A stretch of DNA of 64,000 nt. It comes from Lytechinus pictus (taxonomy: Eukaryota). Below are positions 1 through 12,289 of this stretch, piece by piece. The first letter of the stretch is position 1. Each line of letters starts with the position of its first letter. The notes under the pieces are model-generated. The model ran no database searches. It had not been told where the DNA came from and saw only the letters and a list, made by a program, of their open reading frames with translations. The position numbers and the translations under genes are program-made. The DNA is taken from contig NC_087252.1 of assembly GCF_037042905.1 (NCBI RefSeq), positions 17,114,001 through 17,178,000 on the forward strand, written 5' to 3'.

Positions 1-190
1 CCACCGCTTCACTCGCGTCCTTTGGCAAGGTGTTCATCTACATTTTGTCACTCTCCAACCAAGTGTATTAAATGGGTACACAGTAGGAATAAAATCCTTG
101 AATGCTCAAGTGCCCGATAAAAGTAGCCGTGCATATGAGCCGGATAAGAGTTTGCAGCGCTTAGAAACTTTTTATTGAGCGCTATAAATT
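1..190 (+). mobile_element. SINE body/3' part (tRNA-SINE family recurring in the window)
   Basis: The core 'cactctccaaccaagtgtattaaatgggtac...aggaat...ccttgaatgc...agcgc' resembles copies at ~14000, ~24330 and ~28250. Confidence 0.55.
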
Positions 191-457
191 GTTCAATACA
201 TCTTTGTATATCGTTATCCTCCTCCTCATCATCGTAATTTACATTTTCGTTATTAATGTTGAATTATTGCCACTATTATCATTAAAGCTATTATTTTAAT
301 AAATGTCATTACAATATTATGATTGTGTTAATATTGTCCTTGTTGTTGATGTTGTTCATTAGGTTATTTGTACGTGTAATATCGTCACCATTCAAACACT
401 TTCTTAAAATAGCAATCTATTTTAAAAGTTATCTCATCGAATTCTGCTTTCTTTCAG

Positions 458-663
458 GATTCCACGTGGAGCTCGATGTCAACGAGACATATCGTGTGAA
501 GCAATTTGATTATCCTCGCTATTACCAGATTAATACTGATGAAGCCTGGGTAATTGAGGTACCACAGGACTGTGATATCAGCGTAGAGGTCGCTCGATTT
601 GATACACAAACCAACCAAGATGGGCTACATATAGGAACAGGATCCAATATATCTACAAACGAA
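458..663 (+). CDS. CUB/Ig/LDLa mosaic protein, internal exon: CUB-like domain 1, N-half
   Basis: ctttcag| acceptor and |gtaagc donor, phase 1-0. Translates GFHVELDVNETYRVKQFDYPRYYQINTDEAWVIEVPQDCDISVEVARFDTQTNQDGLHIGTGSNISTNE. Paralogous to exon 13737-13948. Confidence 0.85.
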
Positions 664-1451
664 GTAAGCATGGCAAAACCAGGGGGCTAATGTTCTGCTT
701 GAGAGTGTGAACAATCATAAATCGCCATTAATATGTGTATTGTTATCCCAGAAAATGTTACAATAATGAATTTCTAGGGGATACCCGTGTATCACTTTCG
801 ACACAAAAGCATAGGATATTTTAGGACTGATGCATTCAATATAAACAAACCTGAAAATGCTATTATCTAAGGAACTCTACCAGATAACAACTGGAATACC
901 GCTGCTTTGTTGTATAGACTTACATGTATTTGGACATAAACTATTTATGCGTTTTGCGTACTTTACCGTATGAAATATAAGTCACATTAGTTGATATTCA
1001 TGCAAGCTAATGTTCTTGGCCAACGATTTATTGGTGGAAATATAATATAGGACACGATTGATATGAAAATGTACATTGAAAAACAAATAGCCTACGATTA
1101 ATCCTTGCGGTACCCGTATAGAAATATTATGAGTACTAAGCATTCGGTCACTTAATTACTATTGGCAAATGCCACTAATCATCATATAGTGGATGTTTAC
1201 TTAAACATTAGAAGAGCAAAATTGTTTGTCTTCTCCCAGTGTTTACTCCCTCTGAAAGTAAGAAGATAGGGACTGAGTTCCCGTAACGCCTCCTTCCCTA
1301 TTTGGGGGTCAAACAGTGATGTCCTCTCTTGTACCTATAGCACCTATGGTACCTTTTAAACAGATGATAATTGATTATAATTAGGTAGTAATAACAAAAA
1401 GTATTATTTTATGTAGCGCGATATTTCGAAAGATTATTGAACTTTTTTCAG

Positions 1452-1599
1452 ATGCTGTTCTTAACTGGGGACACAGTACCAAGATTCATTGATATACCAT
1501 CGAATATTGCTTGGTTGAGGTTCCTATCGGATGACGATGATAGCTCTCGTCACCCTGGATTTGATGTTCACGTGACACCTACCTGTAAACCTACAAATG
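1452..1599 (+). CDS. CUB-like domain 1, C-half
   Basis: ttttttcag| acceptor, phase 0-1. Translates MLFLTGDTVPRFIDIPSNIAWLRFLSDDDDSSRHPGFDVHVTPTCKPTN, with the CUB FxSD...GF motif. Probable GC donor (G|gcaagt). Confidence 0.8.
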
Positions 1600-1669
1600 G
1601 CAAGTTTATATACCAGTTTAGATTAAAAAGTGTATTTGAATATTTCACAAAATTCGTTTTCCATAATTA

Positions 1670-1760
1670 AATAGAAATAGAATTGGGCCAAGCCGTGTTC
1701 CTCGGGGCACACCGACATGATTAACTTTGATGTCAGACAGAGTTCGATTATATAAAGTAC
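1670..1760 (-). mobile_element. Small LINE RT fragment
   Basis: The minus-strand translation GVPRGTRLGPILF resembles the non-LTR RT motif GVPQGSxLGPxLF. Confidence 0.55.
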
Positions 1761-2763
1761 AATGCAGTGAATCCAATCCAATGTGAATTAAAATTTTCTG
1801 CAACAAAACGGCATGTACATGTACATGGATGTAAAATAGCAACGTAATAGATACATGTATTTCCTTTCAAGATGTAACTCTTCAAAACCAAGTTTCATGT
1901 ATTCGTGTATTGTTTTCCTGTCCTTCATTTCATGCAGGTGCAGTTGCACATCATTTCGACACGAGAGGTAAATATATTCTTAAGATTTGACTGCTTAGTA
2001 CCGTGCATCTTAATTGGGTTTTTGATTTGAAAACTCCTTTACCCCCATACTCCTGTACGTGTAGATAGGTGAGGTCCACGTGTAAAATTTTACTATCCGA
2101 CTCGATAAAATGACTCAATGGCCCGTAGTCTGAAGTCAGATTTACAGACATACAAACCGTTCCCCTTTTAGAGTATTTCTTCCTCTTTTTGATATGAATA
2201 CACCAATACTTTTTTTGTATGATTTGTTAGTTTTTTTTTCTTCTAATTTCCGATCATGAAGAATGTATTACACCCGGTATTACACTAGCGCCAGTCCGAA
2301 GATCCCAGTCCGGTAAAAATCACTGTCGGGCCAGTAACTTGTTGTAACGGCCCCTGAGTAGCCTATACTAAGCTGTAGCTACATCGATGAAACGATGCAA
2401 CTCTAGACAGACCAATATTGCGTTATTCCGAATGGCCTATCACAGATTTGGGCCCCCTCTTCCAAAGAGTTATGATTGATCCGATCAACTTCAACAATGG
2501 CAAGCCAGCAACGTCAACATCTATAATGCATGTTTGTTCAAAATGTGTGTTTAGGTATAATGTATATTTTAATAAATTTATTATTTTCCTGACAGTTAAA
2601 TTTGTTCTTTGTTTACAAAAGGAAATTGAGCATATTGCCTGTAGAAAAAAAATGTGACATTGGTGGATTTCCATATTAGGTAAGGTTGATCGGATCAATG
2701 GCAACTCTTCATTAGACGCGGCCCAGTTTGGTGCCTGCTTCCGTGGTTTGACTGTGTCATTTC

Positions 2764-3058
2764 GGACTTTTCGCATTTACTACGGGGAAACTCTCTACAA
2801 CGCACCATTTCCTTTGAAAATGCACGTAGAATCACAATCGATAGCTGAGAGGCTTTTGTCGTAAGTTTGTAGACTGGGACGGCATCGGAATTTCGTGACT
2901 CTGGACAACGACATACAGTGTATTTGCAATTGTTTGTCCGGGGCGAGTCTTCGGACGATCGGTTGTCCCAGTCCACCAACTTTTGACAAAAGCCTCTCAG
3001 CTCTCTTGGAATCCATGCGTTGTAGAGAGTTTCCCCGTAGTATATGCGAAAAGTTCCT
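2764..3058. mobile_element. MITE
   Basis: TIRs ggacttttcgcatttactacggggaaactctctacaacgc / gcgttgtagagagtttccccgtagtatatgcgaaaagttcc. Related copies lie at ~39620-39930, ~40080-40370 and ~40650-41190. Confidence 0.8.
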
Positions 3059-3150
3059 TTTAGCTATATCAGAAGCACCAACCACTCACCTCCTACATGG
3101 AAGATATTGCTGAGCGCATAGTCACACTAATTTTTCATTGGATTTAACAG

Positions 3151-3317
3151 GAAGTGCTGTAGCCTTGCACAACGGAGATGTGTATTCCATTTCGTCACCT
3201 CACTATCCATCTGACTACGGATTAGATCAGTATTTAGTCTGGCTATTTCGAATACCAGGGGACTGTCAGCTTCGTATCGTCTTTAATGATTTCCTGACTG
3301 AGGGCCTTTTTGACAAG
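3151..3317 (+). CDS. CUB-like domain 2, N-half
   Basis: ttaacag| and |gtttgg, phase 1-0. Translates GSAVALHNGDVYSISSPHYPSDYGLDQYLVWLFRIPGDCQLRIVFNDFLTEGLFDK, with the CUB ISSPxYPxxY motif. Confidence 0.9.
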
Positions 3318-3898
3318 GTTTGGCCCCCCATACGTACAATTTGTATTTTGTATTTATTTAGACAAGTAAAACATACAAAGTAAAACATGCTAAGGGATAC
3401 AAAAAAGGTTTAAAAACCCCGTACAAGTTTGAATCCAAAAGATTTGATCACAATAAAGTAACATCAAGATAAAACATAAGTTAAGCAGTCGGAAAATAAA
3501 ACAATGTAAATTACCATAGAAAAGGACATAGATACCATTGATAGATTTATATAACAGATAGAAATATGAAAAAAAACGTGATATGAGAGCAAATTATAGA
3601 ACAGGCATAACTGTTAACATAATATGACAAAATATAATGAATCAATGACATTTTTTTTTAGTTGTGGTGAAGGCTAAAATAATATGAGAAAAACACCACA
3701 AGACCAAACAACCCTCCCCCCCCCCCCCCCCATAAAGAACCCGCATCGCTAGAGCATGCGTTGAAGGGACTTCAACACTGTTGATCAATTTTCTTCTTTA
3801 AACCCTATTGTAGTATTCAGTGATCTCTCAGGCTTTTCCGTACTCTATTAAACGCAAAGTCGCCATTTAATTGTGTACGAACTAATGATATATTTCAG

Positions 3899-4058
3899 CT
3901 CAGCATTCGTACAACAGACTCTTTGTTGCATGAGTTCTACGGTGAGATGATGCCAGGCACAGTCACTGTGAATTCAACTGTCACCATTATTAAATTTCGC
4001 AGCGATAGAAGTGCGGTAGCACGAGGATTTCAAGCTGACCTAACACCGGTGTGTGCCG
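3899..4058 (+). CDS. CUB-like domain 2, C-half
   Basis: atttcag| and |gtaagt, phase 0-1. Translates LSIRTTDSLLHEFYGEMMPGTVTVNSTVTIIKFRSDRSAVARGFQADLTPVCA. Confidence 0.9.
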
Positions 4059-4764
4059 GTAAGTAAATAAAGCAAGGGTGTTAGGGTGACTATAACACCA
4101 ATATATTACGCATGTTAGAGCATTCGTGTGCGAAGGCAAATATAAATACCATTTTGTAACAGTTAGCTACTGTGTGACGGCGCGTATAACACAAGTGTGT
4201 GACAGTGATCAGTATGTCAGTTGTCGCGCTAATCATGAAATATGCTTCAAAAGCAAACATGATATCGATGAAAGGAAATTCGGGACGGTGCGTATAACAC
4301 CAACATGTGGATGTAATTATAATACTAACCCCAATCATAACAGTCATGTACGCAGATGAAATATAACACTTTTATGTAACAATAACTTTCATGTGATACA
4401 CCAATGTGTGACAGTGAATATAGAGAATTGGCTTGTGAAACGAAATATGAAACAAAGGGTTGACAGTAATCTGTGTTTGGCGGTGCGTATAACTCCTGTG
4501 TGTGACTATGTTTAAAACAGTAATGCACCACTGTAATTATAACATTCCTGTGTGAAGAAAAAAAATAACACCATTACGTCAAATTCACTGGTGTGTAAGG
4601 ATGAAAATTTTGTCCTTTAATTTCGACTCCGTAATAAAGATGTCTTGTCAGTTATTGACCGACAATTGTTTGCGTTATTTCGGATCATGCTTTAACAAAA
4701 TGTATGAAAACGATTTTGGTTTCCATAGAATCGGTTTTATTATAAAGTTGCAGTAAAGCAAAAC

Positions 4765-7700
4765 ATATCAGTAGTTGAAACTCAGAAAGTCGACTTGTTT
4801 AGAATAAGAAGACAACATGAGTTGTCGAAACCTGCACATTCAGCTTGTTTTGAACCAAACGACAGGAAGACGATTTTAAAATGAACTTTGGCGATTCGGC
4901 ATGTTAGAAAGAGGAAGACATGATGACGAGTTGTTGAAACTCGAAGGGTCCACTTGTTCGAGTTATAAAGACAAGATGATTTATGGAAACTTGGCTTGAT
5001 TGGGGATACAAGACAGGCTCGCGGATTCAAACTTGACAATTCGGATTGTTAGAAAAAAAAAACACAATGACGAGTTGCTTCAACTCGGAAATTCGACTTG
5101 CTTTGGAAAAAAATGAAAATTTGCAATGCAGCTTGACTGTCAAATAATACAAGATGACGAGTTGCGAAAACTCGGAATATTAATTTGTTTTGGACAAGAA
5201 GGAAAAATGACGAGTTGTTGAAATTTGGCGAATCTTTGTTCGTCGGGTAAATACAAGGTGACGAGTTGTTGAAATTTGGCAAATCGGTTTGTTCGTCAGG
5301 TGAAGACACAGTGACGAGTTGTTGAAATTTAACAAATCGGTTTCTTCGTCAGGAGGAGACACAGTGACGAGATGTTGAAATTAAGCAAATCGGTTTGTTC
5401 GTCAGGTGGAGACACAGTGACGAGATGTTGAAATTTAGCAAATCGGTTTGTTCGTCAGGTGAAGACACAATGACGAGTTGTTAAAATTTAGCAAATCGGT
5501 TTGTTCGTCAGGTGAAGACACAGTGACGAGTTGTTGAAATTTAACAAATCGGTTTGTTCGTCAGGTGAAGACACAGTGATGAGTTGTTGAAATTTAGCAA
5601 ATCGGTTTGTTCGTCAGGTGGAGACACGGTGACGAGTTGTTGAAATTTAGCAAATCGGTTTACTAGTTAGGTAGGTGAAGACACGGTGACGAGTTGTTGA
5701 AATTTGGCAAATCGGTTTGTTCGTCTGGTGAAGATAAGGTGACGAGTTGTTGAAATTTAGCAAATCGGTTTGTTCGTCAGGTGAAGACACGGTGACGAGT
5801 TGTTGAAATTTAGCAAATCGGTTTGTTCGTCAGGTGGAGACACGGTGACGAGTTGTTGAAATTTAGCAAATCGGTTTACTAGTTAGGTGAAGACACGGTG
5901 ACGAGTTGTTGAAATTTAGCAAATCGGTTTGTTCGTCAGGTGAAGACACAGGGACGAGCTGTTGAAATTTAGCAAATCGGTTTGTTCGTCAGGTGGAGAC
6001 ACAGTGACGAGTTTTTGAAATTTAGCAAATCGGTTTGATCGTCAGGTGAAGACACAGTGACGAGTTGTTGAAATTTAGCAAATCGGTTTGTTCGTTAGGT
6101 GAAGACACAGTGACGAGTTGTTGAAATTTGGCAAATCGGTTTGTTCGTCTGGTGAAGATACAGTGACGGGTTGTTGAAATTTAGCAAATCGGTTTGTTCG
6201 TCAGGTGAAGACACAGTGACGAGTTGTTGAAATTTAGCAAATCGGTTTTTAGTCAGGTGAATACAAGATGACAGGGTGCTTAAACTCAGAATATTGATTT
6301 GTTTTGGACAAGGAAATAAAATGACGAGTTGTTGAAATTAGACGAATCGCTTTGTTCGTCAGGTAAATACAAGGTGACGAGTTGTTAAAATTAGGCAAAT
6401 CGGTTTGTTTGTCAGGGACGACACGGTGACGAGATGTTAAAATTTGGCAAATCGGTTTGTTCGTCAGGTGAAGACACAGTGACGAGTTGTTAAAATTTAG
6501 CAAATCGGTTTGTTCGTCAAGTGAAGACACTGTGACGAGTTGTTGAAATTTAGCAAATCGGTTTGTTCGTCAGGTGGAGACACAGCGACGAGTTGTTGAA
6601 ATTTGGCAAATCGGTTTGTTCGTCAGGTGGAGACACAGTGACGAGTTGTTGAAATTTTAGCAAATCGGTTTGTTCGTCAGGTGGAGACACAGTGACGAGT
6701 TGTTGAAATTTAGCAAATCGGTTTGTTCGTCAGGTGGAGACACAGTGACGAGTTGTTGAAATTTGGCAAATCGGTTTGTTCGTCAGGTGAAGACACAGTG
6801 ACGAGTTTTTGAAATTTAGCAAATCGGTTTGTTCGTCAGGTGGAGACACAGTGACGAGTTGTTGAAATTTAGCAAATCGGTTTGTTCGTCAGGTGGAGAC
6901 ACAGTGACGAGTTGTTGACATTTTAGCAAATCGGTTTGTTCGTCAGGTGGAGACACAGTGACGAGTTGTTGAAATTTTAGCAAATCGGTTTGTTCGTCAG
7001 GTGGAGACACAGTGACGAGTTGTTGAAATTTGGCAAATCGGTTTGTTCGTCAGGTGGAGACACAGTGACGAGTTGTTGAAATTTGGCAAATCGGTTTGTT
7101 CGTCAGGTGGAGACACAGTGACGAGTTGTTGAAATTTGGCAAATCGGTTTGTTCGTCAGGTGGAGACACAGTGACGAGTTGTTGAAATTTGGCAAATCGG
7201 TTTGTTCGTCAGGTGAAGACACAGTGACGAGTTGTTAAAATTTAGCAAATCGGTTTGTTCGTCAGGTGAAGACACAGTGACGAGTTGTTAAAATTTAGCA
7301 AATCGGTTTGTTCGTCAGGTGAAGACACAGTGACGAGTTGTTGAAATTTTAGCAAATCGGTTTGTTCGTCAGGTGGAGACACAGTGACGAGGTGTTGAAA
7401 TTTAGCAATTCGGTTTGTTCGTCAGGTGAAGACACAGTGACGAGTTGTTGAAATTTAGCAAATCGGTTTGTTCGTCAGGTGGAGACACAGTGACGAGTTG
7501 TTGAAATTTGGCAAATCGGTTTGTTCGTCAGGTGGATACACAGTGACGAGTTGTTGAAATTTGGCAAATCGGTTTGTTCGTCAGGTGAAGACACAGTGAC
7601 GAGTTGTTGAAATTTGGCAAATCGGTTTGTTCGTCAGGTGAAGACACAGTGACGAGTTGTTGAAATTTAGCAAATCGGTTTGTTCGTCAGGTGAAGACAC

Positions 7701-8900
7701 AGTGACGAGTTGTTGAAATTTAGCAAATCGGTTTGTTCGTCAGGTGAAGACACAGTGATGAGTTGTTGAAATTTAGCAAATTGGTTTGTTCGTCAGGTGG
7801 AGACACAGTGATGAGTTGTTGAAATTTAGCAAATTGGTTTGTTCGTCAGGTGGAGACACAGTGACGAGATGTTGAAATTTAGCAAATCGGTTTGTTCGTC
7901 AGGTGAAGACACAGTGACGAGTTGTTGAAATTTTAGCAAATCGGTTTGTTCGTCAGGTGGAGACACAGTGACGAGATGTTGAAATTTAGCAAATCGGTTT
8001 GTTCGTCAGGTGAAGACAAAGTGACGAGTTGTTGAAATTTAGCAAATCGGTTTGTTCGTCAGGTGGAGACACGGTGACGAGTTGTTGAAATTTAGCAAAT
8101 CGGTTTGTTCGTCAGGTGGAGACACGGTGACGAGTTGTTGAAATTTAGCAAATCGGTTTGTTCGTCAGGTGGAGACACGGTGACGAGTTGTTGAAATTTG
8201 GCAAATCGGTATGTTCACCAGGTGGAGACACAGTGACGAGATGTTGAAATTTAGCAAATCGGTTTGTTCGCCAGGTGGAGACACAGGGACGAGTTGTTGA
8301 AATTTAGCAAATCGGTTTGTTCGTCAGGTGAAGACACAGTGACGAGTTGTTGAAATTTAGCAAATCGGTTTGTTCGTCAGGTGAAGACACAGTGATGAGT
8401 TGTTAAAATTTAGCAAATTGGTTTGTTCGTCAGGTGGAGACACAGTGATGAGTTGTTGAAATTTAGCAAATTGGTTTATTCGTCAGGTGGAGACACAGTG
8501 ACGAGATGTTGAAATTTTAGCAAATCGGTTTGTTCGTCAGGTGGAGACACAGTGACGAGATGTTGAAATTTAGCAAATCGGTTTGTTCGTCAGGTGAAGA
8601 CAAAGTGACGAGTTGTTGAAATTTGGCAAATCGGTATGTTCACCAGGTGGAGACACAGTGACGAGTTGTTGAAATTTAGCAAATCGGTTTGTTCGCCAGG
8701 TGGAGACACAGGGACGAGTTGTTGAAATTTAGCAAATTGGTTTGTTCGTCAGGTGAAGACGAGTTGGAGCTTGTCATGTTGGCTTTTTTCCGGGACAAAA
8801 AGACTCGATTACGAGTTGTTGAACATTGGGACTCAGAGAGTCGACTTGTTTTGAACAAGAAGGCATGATGACGAGTTGTTGAGGCTGGCAAGAGGACTTG
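4765..8900. repeat. 53-bp tandem satellite (about 65 well-conserved units in ~5260-8760, with degenerate flanks)
   Basis: The unit gtgacgagttgttgaaatttagcaaatcggtttgttcgtcaggtg(g/a)agacaca repeats head to tail. Confidence 0.97.
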
Positions 8901-9382
8901 TTATTTTCAACAAATTTTCATCTTGTCCGCAAGTCCCACTTTCCAGTTTCAATACCTCACAATCCTGTCTACATGGTATACTTGTCCCAAGCATGTTGAC
9001 CTGCCCCACGTCCTAATTCCAAACAACATGGGTCACGTCATTTAACCAGTCGCCTCGTCTTCTTACCTCGTTATCTGGTTGGCACCTTCAAGCTTCTGTA
9101 CAAAACACAGTCTTTTCAAACACAACCTACATCACGTACATGGTGCATTTGAAAGCTTCCCCCTGAGTTAACACCATGCACGACCTCTAAGCTCATATAT
9201 ACATGCATATAGGCCTACATAATTATTTTGAAGTATGAAACATGAGGTCGATTTTCTTTGTAATGAGATTGTAAATTCGCACTTTCAGTCCTGCTGCTAG
9301 TCAATATTTGTATGCTTATAACAATGAATAGATAAAATAAATATATTTATAACCGCCCTAACTTTTTCTTTACTCCTTACAG

Positions 9383-9409
9383 TCACTCCACCATCTCGCA
9401 ATGCAACAG
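9383..9409 (+). CDS. 27-nt linker micro-exon (VTPPSRNAT)
   Basis: ctaac branch-like site, strong pyrimidine tract, cag| acceptor and AG|gtgagt donor. Phase 1-1 and frame-preserving. Confidence 0.75.
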
Positions 9410-10300
9410 GTGAGTTGGGCGTGACTTTCTATCATATATATTTGTCAATCAATCTGTCGACAATGTATCAAAATGGAAATGAGATGATGAAAGTAGTTGA
9501 TATCTTCTACTTATTTTATACTTTTCAACTTTTCTTCAAAACCAAAGCTTAAAAATACCGTAGTTTGGTTATTTACCTGAGCCGCGGAACGGTTTTCAAA
9601 GTGAGGGGGGCTGACCATGCCAAAAAAATCACATTCAGATGGTCATTTGTACGTTTTTGTACACGAATGTGAAAAAAAGTGGAGAGGGGTGAAACCACCC
9701 CTCTCCCCGATTCCACAGCCCCTGATTTATAGCATGCAATATTTGCAAATTGTCCTCATCAACTACCCCCACGCTTTTCTTGCTTTATAGACTCTCCGGG
9801 CATGCCGGCGATGGGGAGCGTAATATTGATCTCTGCATGTGATGTATCCCCCGCATCAAATATATGATTATTTTAGTAATTTGTAAACAGTTTTCAACGC
9901 TTCTTAAAAAAAAAAAGAAGGATGGAGTCTCCATTTTACAGCGCCCACCCCACGAAGGGCACCTTACCTGACTTCCCTCAACTATTCCATAAATAAATCA
10001 TCCATAAATTTTCAAATTTACGGTCAGAGGTTTCAGGCTTTTCTAAGTAAGCATATTGGCGGGTCATCCCCCCCCCCCCGGAAACCATCGGCCAATGTGT
10101 CAAGGGTTCGATCAGCGGCTGAGAAATAAAAGAACACTAAACATTCCGACCTTCTGATCAAATATTTGATAGCATTTACATTTGAAACGGGTAATGAATT
10201 GAGTCTATATAGAATAGCAAGCTGAAGTGCCCTTTCCCACGTTTATAAAATTATTATGGTTATCATTTTCCAATATTTTTCTATAACTGTTTATCCCCAG

Positions 10301-10579
10301 TTGCTCCAGTTATTGAACCTATTGAGCCTCTAATTATCAGACGGGGAAAAACAATTAGAGTCACATGTACCGCCAAGTATGGTGACCTCCCTATTTACTT
10401 CCGGTGGTTCAAAGATGGCAGGGCTATTTCTCATGGGATTGGGGTTGACTTCATGAATGGCAGCTTTTCAAACTCTATGATGATAGCCGATATGTATTCG
10501 GTACATGATGGCCAATATACGTGTGAAGCAAGTAATTCAGCAGGTGTCGCCATCTACGGAACATCACTGACAGTAGAAG
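10301..10579 (+). CDS. Immunoglobulin I-set domain exon
   Basis: atccccag| and |gtgaat, phase 1-1, 279 nt. Translates VAPVIEPIEPLIIRRGKTIRVTCTAKYGDLPIYFRWFKDGRAISHG...HDGQYTCEASNSAGVAIYGTSLTVE, with the C...W...DxGxYxC signature. Confidence 0.93.
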
Positions 10580-10621
10580 GTGAATATTATATGACGACTA
10601 ATTATAACAATAACCCAATGA

Positions 10622-10674
10622 TACTACTACTACTACTACTACTCCTGCTGCTACTGCTGCTGCTGCTGCTGCTG

Positions 10675-10736
<62 letters not shown>

Positions 10737-11040
10737 GCTGCTGCTACTACTACTACTACTATTATTACTATTACTACCACTACAACAGCAATAACAACAA
10801 CAACAACAACTACTACTACTACTGATAATAATAATAATGATGGTAATAATTCAGCAGGTGTCGTCAACTACGAAACACCACTGACAGTAGAAGGTGAATA
10901 TTATACGACGATTAATTATAACAATAACCCAATGATACTACTACTACTACTACTACTACTATTACTACCACTACAACAACAATAACTACTACTACTACTA
11001 CTGCTAATAATGATAATGATGGTAATAATGATAATAATAA
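10622..11040. repeat. (CTA/CTG/CAA/TAA)n microsatellites inside a local duplication
   Basis: Visible triplet runs that account for the poly-L and poly-V ORFs. Confidence 0.9.
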
Positions 11041-11815
11041 ACCATTCGTTGAGAATCATCCACGTTGGCCGGAGAGGACGGTTACCACAGTTTGTTCACA
11101 GTGTGGAACATAATAGTGGAATCATCTTCCCACTGCTCTGATTAAGATCGTGAATGTCATATTTAAAGAGTCTACTATTAGTGAGACATTAATTTCCCAT
11201 TGTTTTTATTTTATTTTACCTTTTGAATTGCGTATTCACTAGTCACAATATCTCCAGTAGATATAAACACATTGTGATCACAATATGAACATGTTTCACT
11301 ACGATGTTGCAGTGTATGCCATAATCCTAGAGCTCTTCAGGTAGAAGTAATCCAGGAGAATTTTGTAAAAGTGGACAGGACAAGTACAGTATCACGTTAA
11401 CCGACGGTTTAAAGGGGAACTCTTCTCTTTATGCCGCGATCTTAAATCAATCAGCTTGATCTTACAAGAGTTTGGGTTATTGTGATTATTCTAGGAAGTA
11501 TATATCTTCAGCAAGACTTTGTAAATGATTACTCTACAGATGTTCTGACATTTAAAACTGGCTCATCAAGGAACATATGTCACAGCCAGAAAGGAAATTA
11601 AACATCTGACCAAAAAAACCGTGTATGAATCCAATTTTTTTCGTAATTTTTTGTAATAAAATGTACATTATTGAAAGCCGAGTAAAAAATTGTAAATATT
11701 AACGGAAAATATTCCCATTAAAATACCCCCCCCCCCCCCCCCGCTCCAATGAATTTAAGACTTCTGAAAAGCCTGATAACTTTCACTAGTCTTTCAATAA
11801 ACTTCCAATGATCTA

Positions 11816-12121
11816 CACACTAAGAAATAAAGGTTCAAAATTGAACCCCGAAAGGTTGGTGCAAAATCAGCACCCTATGGGTTCGAAAATTGAACCCCTG
11901 ATTGGGGTTCAAAAATTGAACCCCTGGTTGGGGTTCATTTTTGCACCCTGCGGGTTCAAAACTGCACCCCTAGGGGTTCAATTTAAAATTTAGGGGTGCA
12001 GTTTTGAACCTGCAGGGTGCAAAAATGAACCCCAACCAGGGGTTCAATTTTTGAACCCATAGGGTGCTGATTTTGCATCAACCTTTCGGGGTTAAATTTT
12101 GAACCTTTATTTCTTAGTGTG
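11816..12121. mobile_element. MITE with long TIRs, TA flanks
   Basis: TA|cacactaagaaataaaggttcaaaa ... ttttgaacctttatttcttagtgtg|TA. Nearly fully palindromic. Confidence 0.9.
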
Positions 12122-12289
12122 TATAATTCATGGCTGATCCTTCGATGGCCTTCATGGTCTCCTTGAAATTGCCCGTAACCGTCTTTTCTTGCACAGATCA
12201 TCATAGATCATTGGTGGATCATTAATTAAAAGACATAAATTGATACCAATACAATTTGCTGCTTAAGTTCATAAGCATGTCATGCATTG

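Noticed and set aside
5260..8760. CRISPR-like array, or coding ORFs in the 53-bp repeat
   Set aside because: The units are contiguous with no unique spacers and no cas genes. The unit length is not a multiple of 3, so the ORFs are artefacts.
10598..10867. Poly-Val/Ala ORF
   Set aside because: Translation of a triplet microsatellite.
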